From the human T2T-CHM13v2.0 reference genome, Homo sapiens, in assembly GCF_009914755.1 (NCBI RefSeq), contig NC_060929.1: DNA of 64,000 bases. The stretch is one strand, 5' to 3'. Under the pieces are notes generated by a model, which did no database searches, was not told where the DNA came from, and saw nothing but the letters and a program-made list of their open reading frames with translations. Every line of letters starts with the position of its first letter. Within the stretch, counting starts at the first letter, position 1. Shown here piece after piece: positions 11,001 through 24,400 of this stretch. The translations under genes were made by a program, and so were the position numbers.

Positions 11001-14000
11001 AAGAAGTTTCTGGGAATGCTGCTGTCTAGTTTAATGTGAATATCTTTTCTTTTCCGCCATAGCCCTCAAAGAGCTCCAAATATCCACTTTCAGATTCTAC
11101 AGAGTGTTTCAAAACTGCTCTATCCAAAAAAAGTTTCAACTCGGAGAGTCGAATGCACATATCACAAAGCAGTTTCTGAGAATGCTTTCGTCTATTTTTC
11201 CCAGGAAGATATTTCCTTTTGGACCGTAGGCCTCAAATCGCTCCAGATATCCACATGCAGATTCTACAAAAAGAGTGTTTCCAAACTGCCCTATCAAAAG
11301 GAAGGTTCACCTCTGGTAGTTGAATGCAAACATCACAAAGAAGTTTCTCAGAATGCTTCTGTCTAGTTGTCATAGGCAGATATTTCTTTTTCTACCATAG
11401 GCCTCAAAGCGCTCCAAATATCCACTTGCAGATTCTCCGAAAACAGTGTTTCAAAACTGCTCCATAAAAAGGAAGGTTCAACTCTGTGAGTTGAATGGAC
11501 AGACCACAAAGAAGTTTCTGAGAATGCTTCTGTCTAGTGTTTATGTGAAGATATTCCCGTTTCCGATGAAGGCCTCAAAGCAGTCCAAATATCCACTTGC
11601 AGATTCTACAAAAATAGTGCTTCAAAACTACTCTATGGAAAGGTATGTTCAACACTGTGAGATGAATGCAAACGTCACAAAGAAGTTGCTGAGAATGCTT
11701 CAGTCTAGTTTCTATGGGAAGACATTTCCTTTTGCACCACAGCCCTCAAAGCACTCCAAATGTCTACTTGCAGATTCGATAAAAGAGTTTTACAAAACTG
11801 CTCTATCAAAAGAAAGGTTCAACGCTGTGAGTTGAATCCACATATCACGAAAAAGTTTCTGAGAATGCCTCTATCTACTTTTTATGTGAAGATATTCCGG
11901 TTTCCAACGAAGGCCTCAAAGCGCTCCAAATATCTACTGGCAGATTCTAGAAAAAGAGTGTTTCAAAACTGCTCTATTAAGGGAAGGTTCAACTCTGTGA
12001 GTTGAATTCACACATCACAAAGAACTTTCTGACAGTGCTTCTATCTAGTTTTTATGTGAAGATATTACTGTTTCCCATGAAGGCCTCAAAGTGGTCCGAA
12101 TATCCACTTGCAGATTCTACAAAAAGAGGTTTTCAAAACTGCTCTATGCAGAGGTATGTTCAACTCTGTGAGTTGAATGCAAACATCCCGAAGCAGTTTC
12201 TGAGAATGCTTCTGTCTAGTTTTTAGGGGCAGATATTTCCATTGGCACAATAGCCCTCAAAGCGCTCCAAATATCCACTGGCAGATTCTACCAAAAGAGT
12301 GTTTCAAAGCTGCTCTGTGAAAAGAAACGTTCAACTGTGTTAGCTGAATGCCCACATCACAAAGAAGATTCTGAGAATATTTCTGTCTAGTTTTTATTAG
12401 AAGATATTCCCGTTTCCACCAAAGGACACAAAGCGAAGCCAACTATCCGCTTGCAGATCTTACAAAACACGTTTCAAAACTGCTCTATCAAAGGAATGGT
12501 TCATCTCTCTGGGTTCAACGCACACATCACAAAGAAGTTTCTGAGAATGCTTCTGGCTAGTTGGTGTGTGAAGATATTCCCGTTTCCAACAAAGGCTTCA
12601 AAGCCCTCCAAATATTCACCTGCAATTGTTCAAAAGAGTGTTTCAAAACTGTTCTATCAAAAGGAAGGTTCAACTCTGTGAGTTGAATGCACGCTTCACA
12701 TAAATGGTTCTGAGAATGCTTCTTTCTAGTTTTTATGTGAAGATATTTCCTTCTCCACCATAGCCCTCAAAGCGCTCCAAGTGTCCGCTGGCAGATTCCA
12801 CAGAAACAGTGTTTCAAAACTGCTCTAACAAAAGAAAAATTCAACTCCGTGATTTGAATGCACACATCACAAAGCATTTTCTGTGAATCCTTCTGTCTAG
12901 TTTTTATATGAGGATATTTCCTTTTCTACCACGGGCATCCAAGCGTTCCAATTCTCCAATTGTAGATTGCACAAACAGAGTGTTTCAAAACTGCTCCATG
13001 AGAAGGAAGATTCAAATTTGGGAGTACAATGCACACATCACGAAGAAGTTTCTGAGAATGCTTCTGTCCAGTTTATATGTGAAGATATTCCCGTTTCCAG
13101 CAAAGGTCTCAAAGCGGTCCAAATATCCACTTGCGGATCCCACACACAGAGTGTTTCAAAGCTGCTCTACGGAAAGGTATGTTCAACTCTGTGAGTTTAC
13201 AGCAAACATCCTAAAGAAGTTTCTGGGAATGCTGCTGTCTAGTTTAATGTGAATATCTTTTCTTTTCCGCCATAGCCCTCAAAGAGCTCCAAATATCCAC
13301 TTTCAGATTCTACAGAGTGTTTCAAAACTGCTCTATCCAAAAAAAGTTTCAACTCGGAGAGTCGAATGCACATATCACAAAGCAGTTTCTGAGAATGCTT
13401 TCGTCTATTTTTCCCAGGAAGATATTTCCTTTTGGACCGTAGGCCTCAAATCGCTCCAGATATCCACATGCAGATTCTCCAAATGAGTGTTTCCAAACTG
13501 CCCTATCAAAGGGAAGGTTCACCTCTGGTAGTTGAATGCAAACATCACAGAGAAGTTTCTCAGAATGCTTCTGTCTAGTTGTCATAGGCAGATATTTCTT
13601 TTTCTACCATAGGCCTCAAAGCGCTCCAAATATCCACTTGCAGATTCTCCAAAAACAGTGTTTCAAAACTGCTCCATAAAAAGGAAGGTTCAACTCTGTG
13701 AGTTGAATGGACAGACCACAAAGAAGTTTCTGAGAATGCTTCTGTCTAGTGTTTATGTGAAGATATTCCCGTTTCCGATGAAGGCCTCAAAGCAGTCCAA
13801 ATATCCACTTGCAGATTCTACAAAAATAGTGCTTCAAAACTACTCTATGGAAAGGTATGTTCAACACTGTGAGATGAATGCAAACGTCACAAAGAAGTTG
13901 CTGAGAATGCTTCAGTCTAGTTTCTATGGGAAGACATTTCCTTTTGCACCACAGCCCTCAAAGCACTCCAAATGTCTACTTGCAGATTCGATAAAAGAGT

Positions 14001-15491
14001 TTTACAAAACTGCTCTATCAAAAGAAAGGTTCAACGCTGTGAGTTGAATCCACATATCACGAAAAAGTTTCTGAGAATGCCTCTATCTACTTTTTATGTG
14101 AAGATATTCCGGTTTCCAACGAAGGCCTCAAAGCGCTCCAAATATCTACTGGCAGATTCTAGAAAAAGAGTGTTTCAAAACTGCTCTATTAAAGGAAGGT
14201 TCAACTCTGTGAGTTGAATTCACACATCACAAAGAACTTTCTGACAATGCTTCTATCTAGTTTTTATGTGAAGATATTACTGTTTCCCATGAAGGCCTCA
14301 AAGTGGTCCGAATATCCACTTGCAGATTCTACAAAAAGAGGTTTTCAAAACTGCTCTATGCAGAGGTATGTTCAACTCTGTGAGTTGAATGCAAACATCC
14401 CGAAGCAGTTTCTGAGAATGCTTCTGTCTAGTTTTTAGGGGCAGATATTTCCATTGGCACAATAGCCCTCAAAGCGCTCCAAATATCCACTGGCAGATTC
14501 TACCAAAAGAGTGTTTCAAAACTGCTCTGTGAAAAGAAACGTTCAACTGTGTTAGCTGAATGCCCACATCACAAAGAAGATTCTGAGAATATTTCTGTCT
14601 AGTTTTTATTAGAAGATATTCCCGTTTCCACCAAAGGACACAAAGCGAAGCCAACTATCCGCTTGCAGATCTTACAAAAACACGTTTCAAAACTGCTCTA
14701 TCAAAGGAAAGGTTCATCTCTCTGGGTTCAACGCACACATCACAAAGAAGTTTCTGAGAATGCTTCTGGCTAGTTCGTGTGTGAAGATATTCCCGTTTCC
14801 AACAAAGGCTTCAAAGCCCTCCAAATATTCACCTGCAATTGTTCAAAAGAGTGTTTCAAAACTGTTCTATCAAAAGGAAAGTTCAACTCTATGAGTTGAA
14901 TGCATGCTTCACATAAATGGTTCTGAGAATGCTTCTTTCTAGTTTTTATGTGAAGATATTTCCTTCTCCACCATAGCCCTCAAAGCGCTCCAAGTGTCCG
15001 CTGGCAGATTCCACAGAAACAGTGTTTCAAAACTGCTCTAACAAAAGAAAGATTCAACTCCGCGATTTGAATGCACACATCACAAAGCATTTTCTGTGAA
15101 TCCTTCTGTCTAGTTTTTATATGAGGATATTTCCTTTTCTACCACGGGCATCCAAGCGTTCCAATTCTCCAATTGTAGATTGCACAAACAGAGTGTTTCA
15201 AAACTGCTCCATGAGAAGGAAGATTCAAATTTGGGAGTACAATGCACACATCACGAAGAAGTTTCTGAGAATGCTTCTGTCCAGTTTATATGTGAAGATA
15301 TTCCCATTTCCAGCAAAGGTCTCAAAGCGGTCCAAATATCCACTTGCGGATCCCACACACAGAGTGTTTCAAAGCTGCTCTACGGAAAGGTATGTTCAAC
15401 TCTGTGAGTTTACTGCAAACATCCTAAAGAAGTTTCTGGGAATGCTGCTGTCTAGTTTAATGTGAATATCTTTTCTTTTCCGCCATAGCCC

Positions 15492-18400
15492 TCAAAGAGC
15501 TCCAAATATCCACTTTCAGATTCTACAGAGTGTTTCAAAAGTGCTCTATCCAAAAAAAGTTTCAACTCGGTGAGTCGAATGCACATATCACAAAGCAGTT
15601 TCTGAGAATGCTTTCGTCTATTTTTCCCAGGAAGATATTTCCTTTTGGACCGTAGGCCTCAAATCGCTCCAGATATCCACATGCAGATTCTCCAAATGAG
15701 TGTTTCCAAACTGCCCTATCAAAGGGAAGGTTCACCTCTGGTAGTTGAATGCAAACATCACAGAGAAGTTTCTCAGAATGCTTCTGTCTAGTTGTCATAG
15801 GCAGATATTTCTTTTTCTACCATAGGCCTCAAAGCGCTCCAAATATCCACTTGCAGATTCTCCGAAAACAGTGTTTCAAAACTGCTCCATAAAAAGGAAG
15901 GTTCAACTCTGTGAGTTGAATGGACAGACCACAAAGAAGTTTCTGAGAATGCTTCTGTCTAGTGTTTATGTGAAGATATTCCCGTTTCCGATGAAGGCCT
16001 CAAAGCAGTCCAAATATCCACTTGCAGATTCTACAAAAATAGTGCTTCAAAACTACTCTATGGAAAGGTATGTTCAACACTGTGAGATGAATGCAAACGT
16101 CACAAAGAAGTTGCTGAGAATGCTTCAGTCTAGTTTCTATGGGAAGACATTTCCTTTTGCACCACAGCCCTCAAAGCACTCCAAATGTCTACTTGCAGAT
16201 TCGATAAAAGAGTTTTACAAAACTGCTCTATCAAAAGAAAGGTTCAACGCTGTGAGTTGAATCCACATATCACGAAAAAGTTTCTGAGAATGCCTCTATC
16301 TACTTTTTATGTGAAGATATTCCGGTTTCCAACGAAGGCCTCAAAGCGCTCCAAATATCTACTGGCAGATTCTAGAAAAAGAGTGTTTCAAAACTGCTCT
16401 ATTAAAGGAAGGTTCAACTCTGTGAGTTGAATTCACACATCACAAAGAACTTTCTGACAATGCTTCTATCTAGTTTTTATGTGAAGATATTACTGTTTCC
16501 CATGAAGGCCTCAAAGTGGTCCGAATATCCACTTGCAGATTCTACAAAAAGAGGTTTTCAAAACTGCTCTATGCAGAGGTATGTTCAACTCTGTGAGTTG
16601 AATGCAAACATCCCGAAGCAGTTTCTGAGAATGCTTCTGTCTAGTTTTTAGGGGCAGATATTTCCATTGGCACAATAGCCCTCAAAGCGCTCCAAATATC
16701 CACTGGCAGATTCTACCAAAAGAGTGTTTCAAAACTGCTCTGTGAAAAGAAACGTTCAACTGTGTTAGCTGAATGCCCACATCACAAAGAAGATTCTGAG
16801 AATATTTCTGTCTAGTTTTTATTAGAAGATATTCCCGTTTCCACCAAAGGACACAAAGCGAAGCCAACTATCCGCTTGCAGATCTTACAAAAACACGTTT
16901 CAAAACTGCTCTATCAAAGGAAAGGTTCATCTCTCTGGGTTCAACGCACACATCACAAAGAAGTTTCTGAGAATGCTTCTGGCTAGTTCGTGTGTGAAGA
17001 TATTCCCGTTTCCAACAAAGGCTTCAAAGCCCTCCAAATATTCACCTGCAATTGTTCAAAAGAGTGTTTCAAAACTGTTCTATCAAAAGGAAAGTTCAAC
17101 TCTATGAGTTGAATGCATGCTTCACATAAATGGTTCTGAGAATGCTTCTTTCTAGTTTTTATGTGAAGATATTTCCTTCTCCACCATAGCCCTCAAAGCG
17201 CTCCAAGTGTCCGCTGGCAGATTCCACAGAAACAGTGTTTCAAAACTGCTCTAACAAAAGAAAGATTCAACTCCGCGATTTGAATGCACACATCACAAAG
17301 CATTTTCTGTGAATCCTTCTGTCTAGTTTTTATATGAGGATATTTCCTTTTCTACCACGGGCATCCAAGCGTTCCAATTCTCCAATTGTAGATTGCACAA
17401 ACAGAGTGTTTCAAAACTGCTCCATGAGAAGGAAGATTCAAATTTGGGAGTACAATGCACACATCACGAAGAAGTTTCTGAGAATGCTTCTGTCCAGTTT
17501 ATATGTGAAGATATTCCCATTTCCAGCAAAGGTCTCAAAGCGGTCCAAATATCCACTTGCGGATCCCACACACAGAGTGTTTCAAAGCTGCTCTACGGAA
17601 AGGTATGTTCAACTCTGTGAGTTTACTGCAAACATCCTAAAGAAGTTTCTGGGAATGCTGCTGTCTAGTTTAATGTGAATATCTTTTCTTTTCCGCCATA
17701 GCCCTCAAAGAGCTCCAAATATCCACTTTCAGATTCTACAGAGTGTTTCAAAACTGCTCTATCCAAAAAAAGTTTCAACTCGGTGAGTCGAATGCACATA
17801 TCACAAAGCAGTTTCTGAGAATGCTTTCGTCTATTTTTCCCAGGAAGATATTTCCTTTTGGACCGTAGGCCTCAAATCGCTCCAGATATCCACATGCAGA
17901 TTCTGCAAAAAGAGTGTTTCCAAACTGCCCTATCAAAAGGAAGGTTCACCTCTGGTAGTTGAATGCAAACATCACAAAGAAGTTTCTCAGAATGCTTCTG
18001 TCTAGTTGTCATAGGCAGATATTTCTTTTTCTACCATAGGCCTCAAAGCGCTCCAAATATCCACTTGCAGATTCTCCGAAAACAGTGTTTCAAAACTGCT
18101 CCATAAAAAGGAAGGTTCAACTCTGTGAGTTGAATGGACAGACCACAAAGAAGTTTCTGAGAATGCTTCTGTCTAGTGTTTATGTGAAGATATTCCCGTT
18201 TCCGATGAAGGCCTCAAAGCAGTCCAAATATCCACTTGCAGATTCTACAAAAATAGTGCTTCAAAACTACTCTATGGAAAGGTATGTTCAACACTGTGAG
18301 ATGAATGCAAACGTCACAAAGAAGTTGCTGAGAATGCTTCAGTCTAGTTTCTATGGGAAGACATTTCCTTTTGCACCACAGCCCTCAAAGCACTCCAAAT

Positions 18401-21400
18401 GTCTATTTGCAGATTCGATAAAAGAGTTTTACAAAACTGCTCTATCAAAAGAAAGTTTCAACGCTGTGAGTTGAATCCACATATCACGAAAAAGTTTCTG
18501 AGAATGCCTCTATCTACTTTTTATGTGAAGATATTCCGGTTTCCAACGAAGGCCTCAAAGCGCTCCAAATATCTACTGGCAGATTCTAGAAAAAGAGTGT
18601 TTCAAAACTGCTCTATTAAAGGAAGGTTCAACTCTGTGAGTTGAATTCACACATCACAAAGAACTTTCTGACAATGCTTCTATCTAGTTTTTATGTGAAG
18701 ATACTACTGTTTCCCATGAAGGCCTCAAATTGGTCCGAATATCCACTTGCAGATTCTACAAAAAGAGGTTTTCAAAACTGCTCTATGCAGAGGTATGTTC
18801 AACTCTGTGAGTTGAATGCAAACATCCCGAAGCAGTTTCTGAGAATGCTTCTGTCTAGTTTTTAGGGGCAGATATTTCCATTGGCACAATAGCCCTCAAA
18901 GCGCTCCAAATATCCACTGGCAGATTCTACCAAAAGAGTGTTTCAAAACTGCTCTGTGAAAAGAAACGTTCAACTGTGTTAGCTGAATGCCCACATCACA
19001 AAGAAGATTCTGAGAATATTTCTGTCTAGTTTTTATTAGAAGATATTCCCGTTTCCACCAAAGGACACAAAGCGAAGCCAACTATCCGCTTGCAGATCTT
19101 ACAAAAACACGTTTCAAAACTGCTCTATCAAAGGAAAGGTTCATCTCTCTGGGTTCAACGCACACATCACAAAGAAGTTTCTGAGAAAGCTTCTGGCTAG
19201 TTCGTGTGTGAAGATATTCCCGTTTCCAACAAAGGCTTCAAAGCCCTCCAAATATTCACCTGCAATTGTTCAAAAGAGTGTTTCAAAACTGTTCTATCAA
19301 AAGGAAGGTTCAACTCTGTGAGTTGAATGCACGCTTCACATAAATGGTTCTGAGAATGCTTCTTTCTAGTTTTTATGTGAAGATATTTCCTTCTCCACCA
19401 TAGCCCTCAAAGCGCTCCAAGTGTCCGCTGGCAGATTCCACAGAAACAGTGTTTCAAAACTGCTCTAACAAAAGAAAGATTCAACTCCGCGATTTGAATG
19501 CACACATCACAAAGCATTTTCTGTGAATCCTTCTGTCTAGTTTTTATATGAGGATATTTCCTTTTCTACCACGGGCATCCAAGCGTTCCAATTCTCCAAT
19601 TGTAGATTGCACAAACAGAGTGTTTCAAAACTGCTCCATGAGAAGGAAGATTCAAATTTGGGAGTACAATGCACACATCACGAAGAAGTTTCTGAGAATG
19701 CTTCTGTCCAGTTTATATGTGAAGATATTCCCGTTTCCAGCAAAGGTCTCAAAGCGGTCCAAATATCCACTTGCGGATCCCACACACAGAGTGTTTCAAA
19801 GCTGCTCTACGGAAAGGTATGTTCAACTCTGTGAGTTTACAGCAAACATCCTAAAGAAGTTTCTGGGAATGCTGCTGTCTAGTTTAATGTGAATATCTTT
19901 TCTTTTCCGCCATAGCCCTCAAAGAGCTCCAAATATCCACTTTCAGATTCTACAGAGTGTTTCAAAACTGCTCTATCCAAAAAAAGTTTCAACTCGGAGA
20001 GTCGAATGCACATATCACAAAGCAGTTTCTGAGAATGCTTTCGTCTATTTTTCCCAGGAAGATATTTCCTTTTGGACCGTAGGCCTCAAATCGCTCCAGA
20101 TATCCACATGCAGATTCTCCAAATGAGTGTTTCCAAACTGCCCTATCAAAGGGAAGGTTCACCTCTGGTAGTTGAATGCAAACATCACAGAGAAGTTTCT
20201 CAGAATGCTTCTGTCTAGTTGTCATAGGCAGATATTTCTTTTTCTACCATAGGCCTCAAAGCGCTCCAAATATCCACTTGCAGATTCTCCGAAAACAGTG
20301 TTTCAAAACTGCTCCATAAAAAGGAAGGTTCAACTCTGTGAGTTGAATGGACAGACCACAAAGAAGTTTCTGAGAATGCTTCTGTCTAGTGTTTATGTGA
20401 AGATATTCCCGTTTCCGATGAAGGCCTCAAAGCAGTCCAAATATCCACTTGCAGATTCTACAAAAATAGTGCTTCAAAACTACTCTATGGAAAGGTATGT
20501 TCAACACTGTGAGATGAATGCAAACGTCACAAAGAAGTTGCTGAGAATGCTTCAGTCTAGTTTCTATGGGAAGACATTTCCTTTTGCACCACAGCCCTCA
20601 AAGCACTCCAAATGTCTACTTGCAGATTCGATAAAAGAGTTTTACAAAACTGCTCTATCAAAAGAAAGGTTCAACGCTGTGAGTTGAATCCACATATCAC
20701 GAAAAAGTTTCTGAGAATGCCTCTATCTACTTTTTATGTGAAGATATTCCGGTTTCCAACGAAGGCCTCAAAGCGCTCCAAATATCTACTGGCAGATTCT
20801 CGAAAAAGAGTGTTTCAAAACTGCTCTATTAAAGGAAGGTTCAACTCTGTGAGTTGAATTCACACATCACAAAGAACTTTCTGACAATGCTTCTATCTAG
20901 TTTTTATGTGAAGATATTACTGTTTCCCATGAAGGCCTCAAAGTGGTCCGAATATCCACTTGCAGATTCTACAAAAAGAGGTTTTCAAAACTGCTCTATG
21001 CAGAGGTATGTTCAACTCTGTGAGTTGAATGCAAACATCCCGAAGCAGTTTCTGAGAATGCTTCTGTCTAGTTTTTAGGGGCAGATATTTCCGTTGGCAC
21101 AATAGCCCTCAAAGCGCTCCAAATATCCACTGGCAGATTCTACCAAAAGAGTGTTTCAAAACTGCTCTGTGAAAAGAAACGTTCAACTGTGTTAGCTGAA
21201 TGCCCACATCACAAAGAAGATTCTGAGAATATTTCTGTCTAGTTTTTATTAGAAGATATTCCCGTTTCCACCAAAGGACACAAAGCGAAGCCAACTATCC
21301 GCTTGCAGATCTTACAAAAACACGTTTCAAAACTGCTCTATCAAAGGAAAGGTTGATCTCTCTGGGTTCAACGCACACATCACAAAGAAGTTTCTGAGAA

Positions 21401-24400
21401 TGCTTCTGGCTAGTTCGTGTGTGAAGATATTCCCGTTTCCAACAAAGGCTTCAAAGCCCTCCAAATATTCACCTGCAATTGTTCAAAAGAGTGTTTCAAA
21501 ACTGTTCTATCAAAAGGAAGGTTCAACTCTGTGAGTTGAATGCACGCTTCACATAAATGGTTCTGAGAATGCTTCTTTCTAGTTTTTATGTGAAGATATT
21601 TCCTTCTCCACCATAGCCCTCAAAGCGCTCCAAGTGTCCGCTGGCAGATTCCACAGAAACAGTGTTTCAAAACTGCTCTAACAAAAGAAAGATTCAACTC
21701 CGCGATTTGAATGCACACATCACAAAGCATTTTCTGTGAATCCTTCTGTCCAGTTTTTATATGAGGATATTTCCTTTTCTACCACGGGCAACCAAGCCTT
21801 CCAATTCTCCAATTGTAGATTGCACAAACAGAGTGTTTCAAAACTACTCCATGAGAAGCAAGATTCAAATTTGGGAGTACAATGCACACGTCACGAAGAA
21901 GTTTCTGAGAATGCTTCTGTCCAGTTTATATGTGAAGATATTCCCGTTTCCAGCAAAGGTCTCAAAGCGGTCCAAATATCCACTTGCGGATCCCACACAC
22001 AGAGTGTTTCAAAGCTGCTCTACGGAAAGGTATGTTCAACTCTGTGAGTTTACTGCAAACATCCTAAAGAAGTTTCTGGGAATGCTGCTGTCTAGTTTAA
22101 TGTGAATATCTTTTCTTTTCCGCCATAGCCCTCAAAGAGCTCCAAATATCCACTTTCAGATTCTACAGAGTGTTTCAAAACTGCTCTATCCAAAAAAAGT
22201 TTCAACTCGGAGAGTCGAATGCACATATCACAAACAGTTTCTGAGAATGCTTTCGTCTATTTTTCCCCGGAAGATATTTCCTTTTGGACCGTAGGCCTCA
22301 AATCGCTCCAGATATCCACATGCAGATTCTACAAAAAGAGTGTTTCCAAACTGCCCTATGAAAAGGAAGGTTCACCTCTGGTAGTTGAATGCAAACATCA
22401 CAAAGAAGTTTCTCAGAATGCTTCTGTCTAGTTGTCATAGGCAGATATTTCTTTTTCTACCATAGGCCTCAAAGCGCTCCAAATATCCACTTGCAGATTC
22501 TCCGAAAACAGTGTTTCAAAACTGCTCCATAAAAAGGAAGGTTCAACTCTGTGAGTTGAATGGACAGACCACAAAGAAGTTTCTGAGAATGCTTCTGTCT
22601 AGTGTTTATGTGAAGATATTCCCGTTTCCGATGAAGGCCTCAAAGCAGTCCAAATATCCACTTGCAGATTCTACAAAAATAGTGCTTCAAAACTACTCTA
22701 TGGAAAGGTATGTTCAACACTGTGAGATGAATGCAAACGTCACAAAGAAGTTGCTGAGAATGCTTCAGTCTAGTTTCTATGGGAAGACATTTCCTTTTGC
22801 ACCACAGCCCTCAAAGCACTCCAAATGTCTACTTGCAGATTCGATAAAAGAGTTTTACAAAACTGCTCTATCAAAAGAAAGGTTCAACGCTGTGAGTTGA
22901 ATCCACATATCACGAAAAAGTTTCTGAGAATGCCTCTATCTACTTTTTATGTGAAGATATTCCGGTTTCCAACGAAGGCCTCAAAGCGCTCCAAATATCT
23001 ACTGGCAGATTCTAGAAAAAGAGTGTTTCAAAACTGCTCTATTAAAGGAAGGTTCAACTCTGTGAGTTGAATTCACACATCACAAAGAACTTTCTGACAA
23101 TGCTTCTATCTAGTTTTTATGTGAAGATATTACTGTTTCCCATGAAGGCCTCAAAGTGGTCCGAATATCCACTTGCAGATTCTACAAAAAGAGGTTTTCA
23201 AAACTGCTCTATGCAGAGGTATGTTCAACTCTGTGAGTTGAATGCAAACATCCTGAAGCAGTTTCTGAGAATGCTTCTGTCTAGTTTTTAGAGGCAGATA
23301 TTTCCATTGGCACAATAGCCCTCAAAGCGCTCCAAATATCCACTGGCAGATTCTACCAAAAGAGTGTTTCAAAACTGCTCTGTGAAAAGAAACGTTCAAC
23401 TGTGTTAGCTGAATGCCCACATCACAAAGAAGATTCTGAGAATATTTCTGTCTAGTTTTTATTAGAAGATATTCCCGTTTCCACCAAAGGACACAAAGCG
23501 AAGCCAACTATCCGCTTGCAGATCTTACAAAAACACGTTTCAAAACTGCTCTATCAAAGGAAAGGTTCATCTCTCTGGGTTCAACGCACACATCACAAAG
23601 AAGTTTCTGAGAAAGCTTCTGGCTAGTTCGTGTGTGAAGATATTCCCGTTTCCAACAAAGGCTTCAAAGCCCTCCAAATATTCACCTGCAATTGTTCAAA
23701 AGAGTGTTTCAAAACTGTTCTATCAAAAGGAAGGTTCAACTCTGTGAGTTGAATGCACGCTTCACATAAATGGTTCTGAGAATGCTTCTTTCTAGTTTTT
23801 ATGTGAAGATATTTCCTTCTCCACCATAGCCCTCAAAGCGCTCCAAGTGTCCGCTGGCAGATTCCACAGAAACAGTGTTTCAAAACTGCTCTAACAAAAG
23901 AAAGATTCAACTCCGCGATTTGAATGCACACATCACAAAGCATTTTCTGTGAATCCTTCTGTCTAGTTTTTATATGAGGATATTTCCTTTTCTACCACGG
24001 GCATCCAAGCGTTCCAATTCTCCAATTGTAGATTGCACAAACAGAGTGTTTCAAAACTGCTCCATGAGAAGGAAGATTCAAATTTGGGAGTACAATGCAC
24101 ACATCACGAAGAAGTTTCTGAGAATGCTTCTGTCCAGTTTATATGTGAAGATATTCCCGTTTCCAGCAAAGGTCTCAAAGCGGTCCAAATATCCACTTGC
24201 GGATCCCACACACAGAGTGTTTCAAAGCTGCTCTACGGAAAGGTATGTTCAACTCTGTGAGTTTACAGCAAACATCCTAAAGAAGTTTCTGGGAATGCTG
24301 CTGTCTAGTTTAATGTGAATATCTTTTCTTTTCCGCCATAGCCCTCAAAGAGCTCCAAATATCCACTTTCAGATTCTACAGAGTGTTTCAAAACTGCTCT

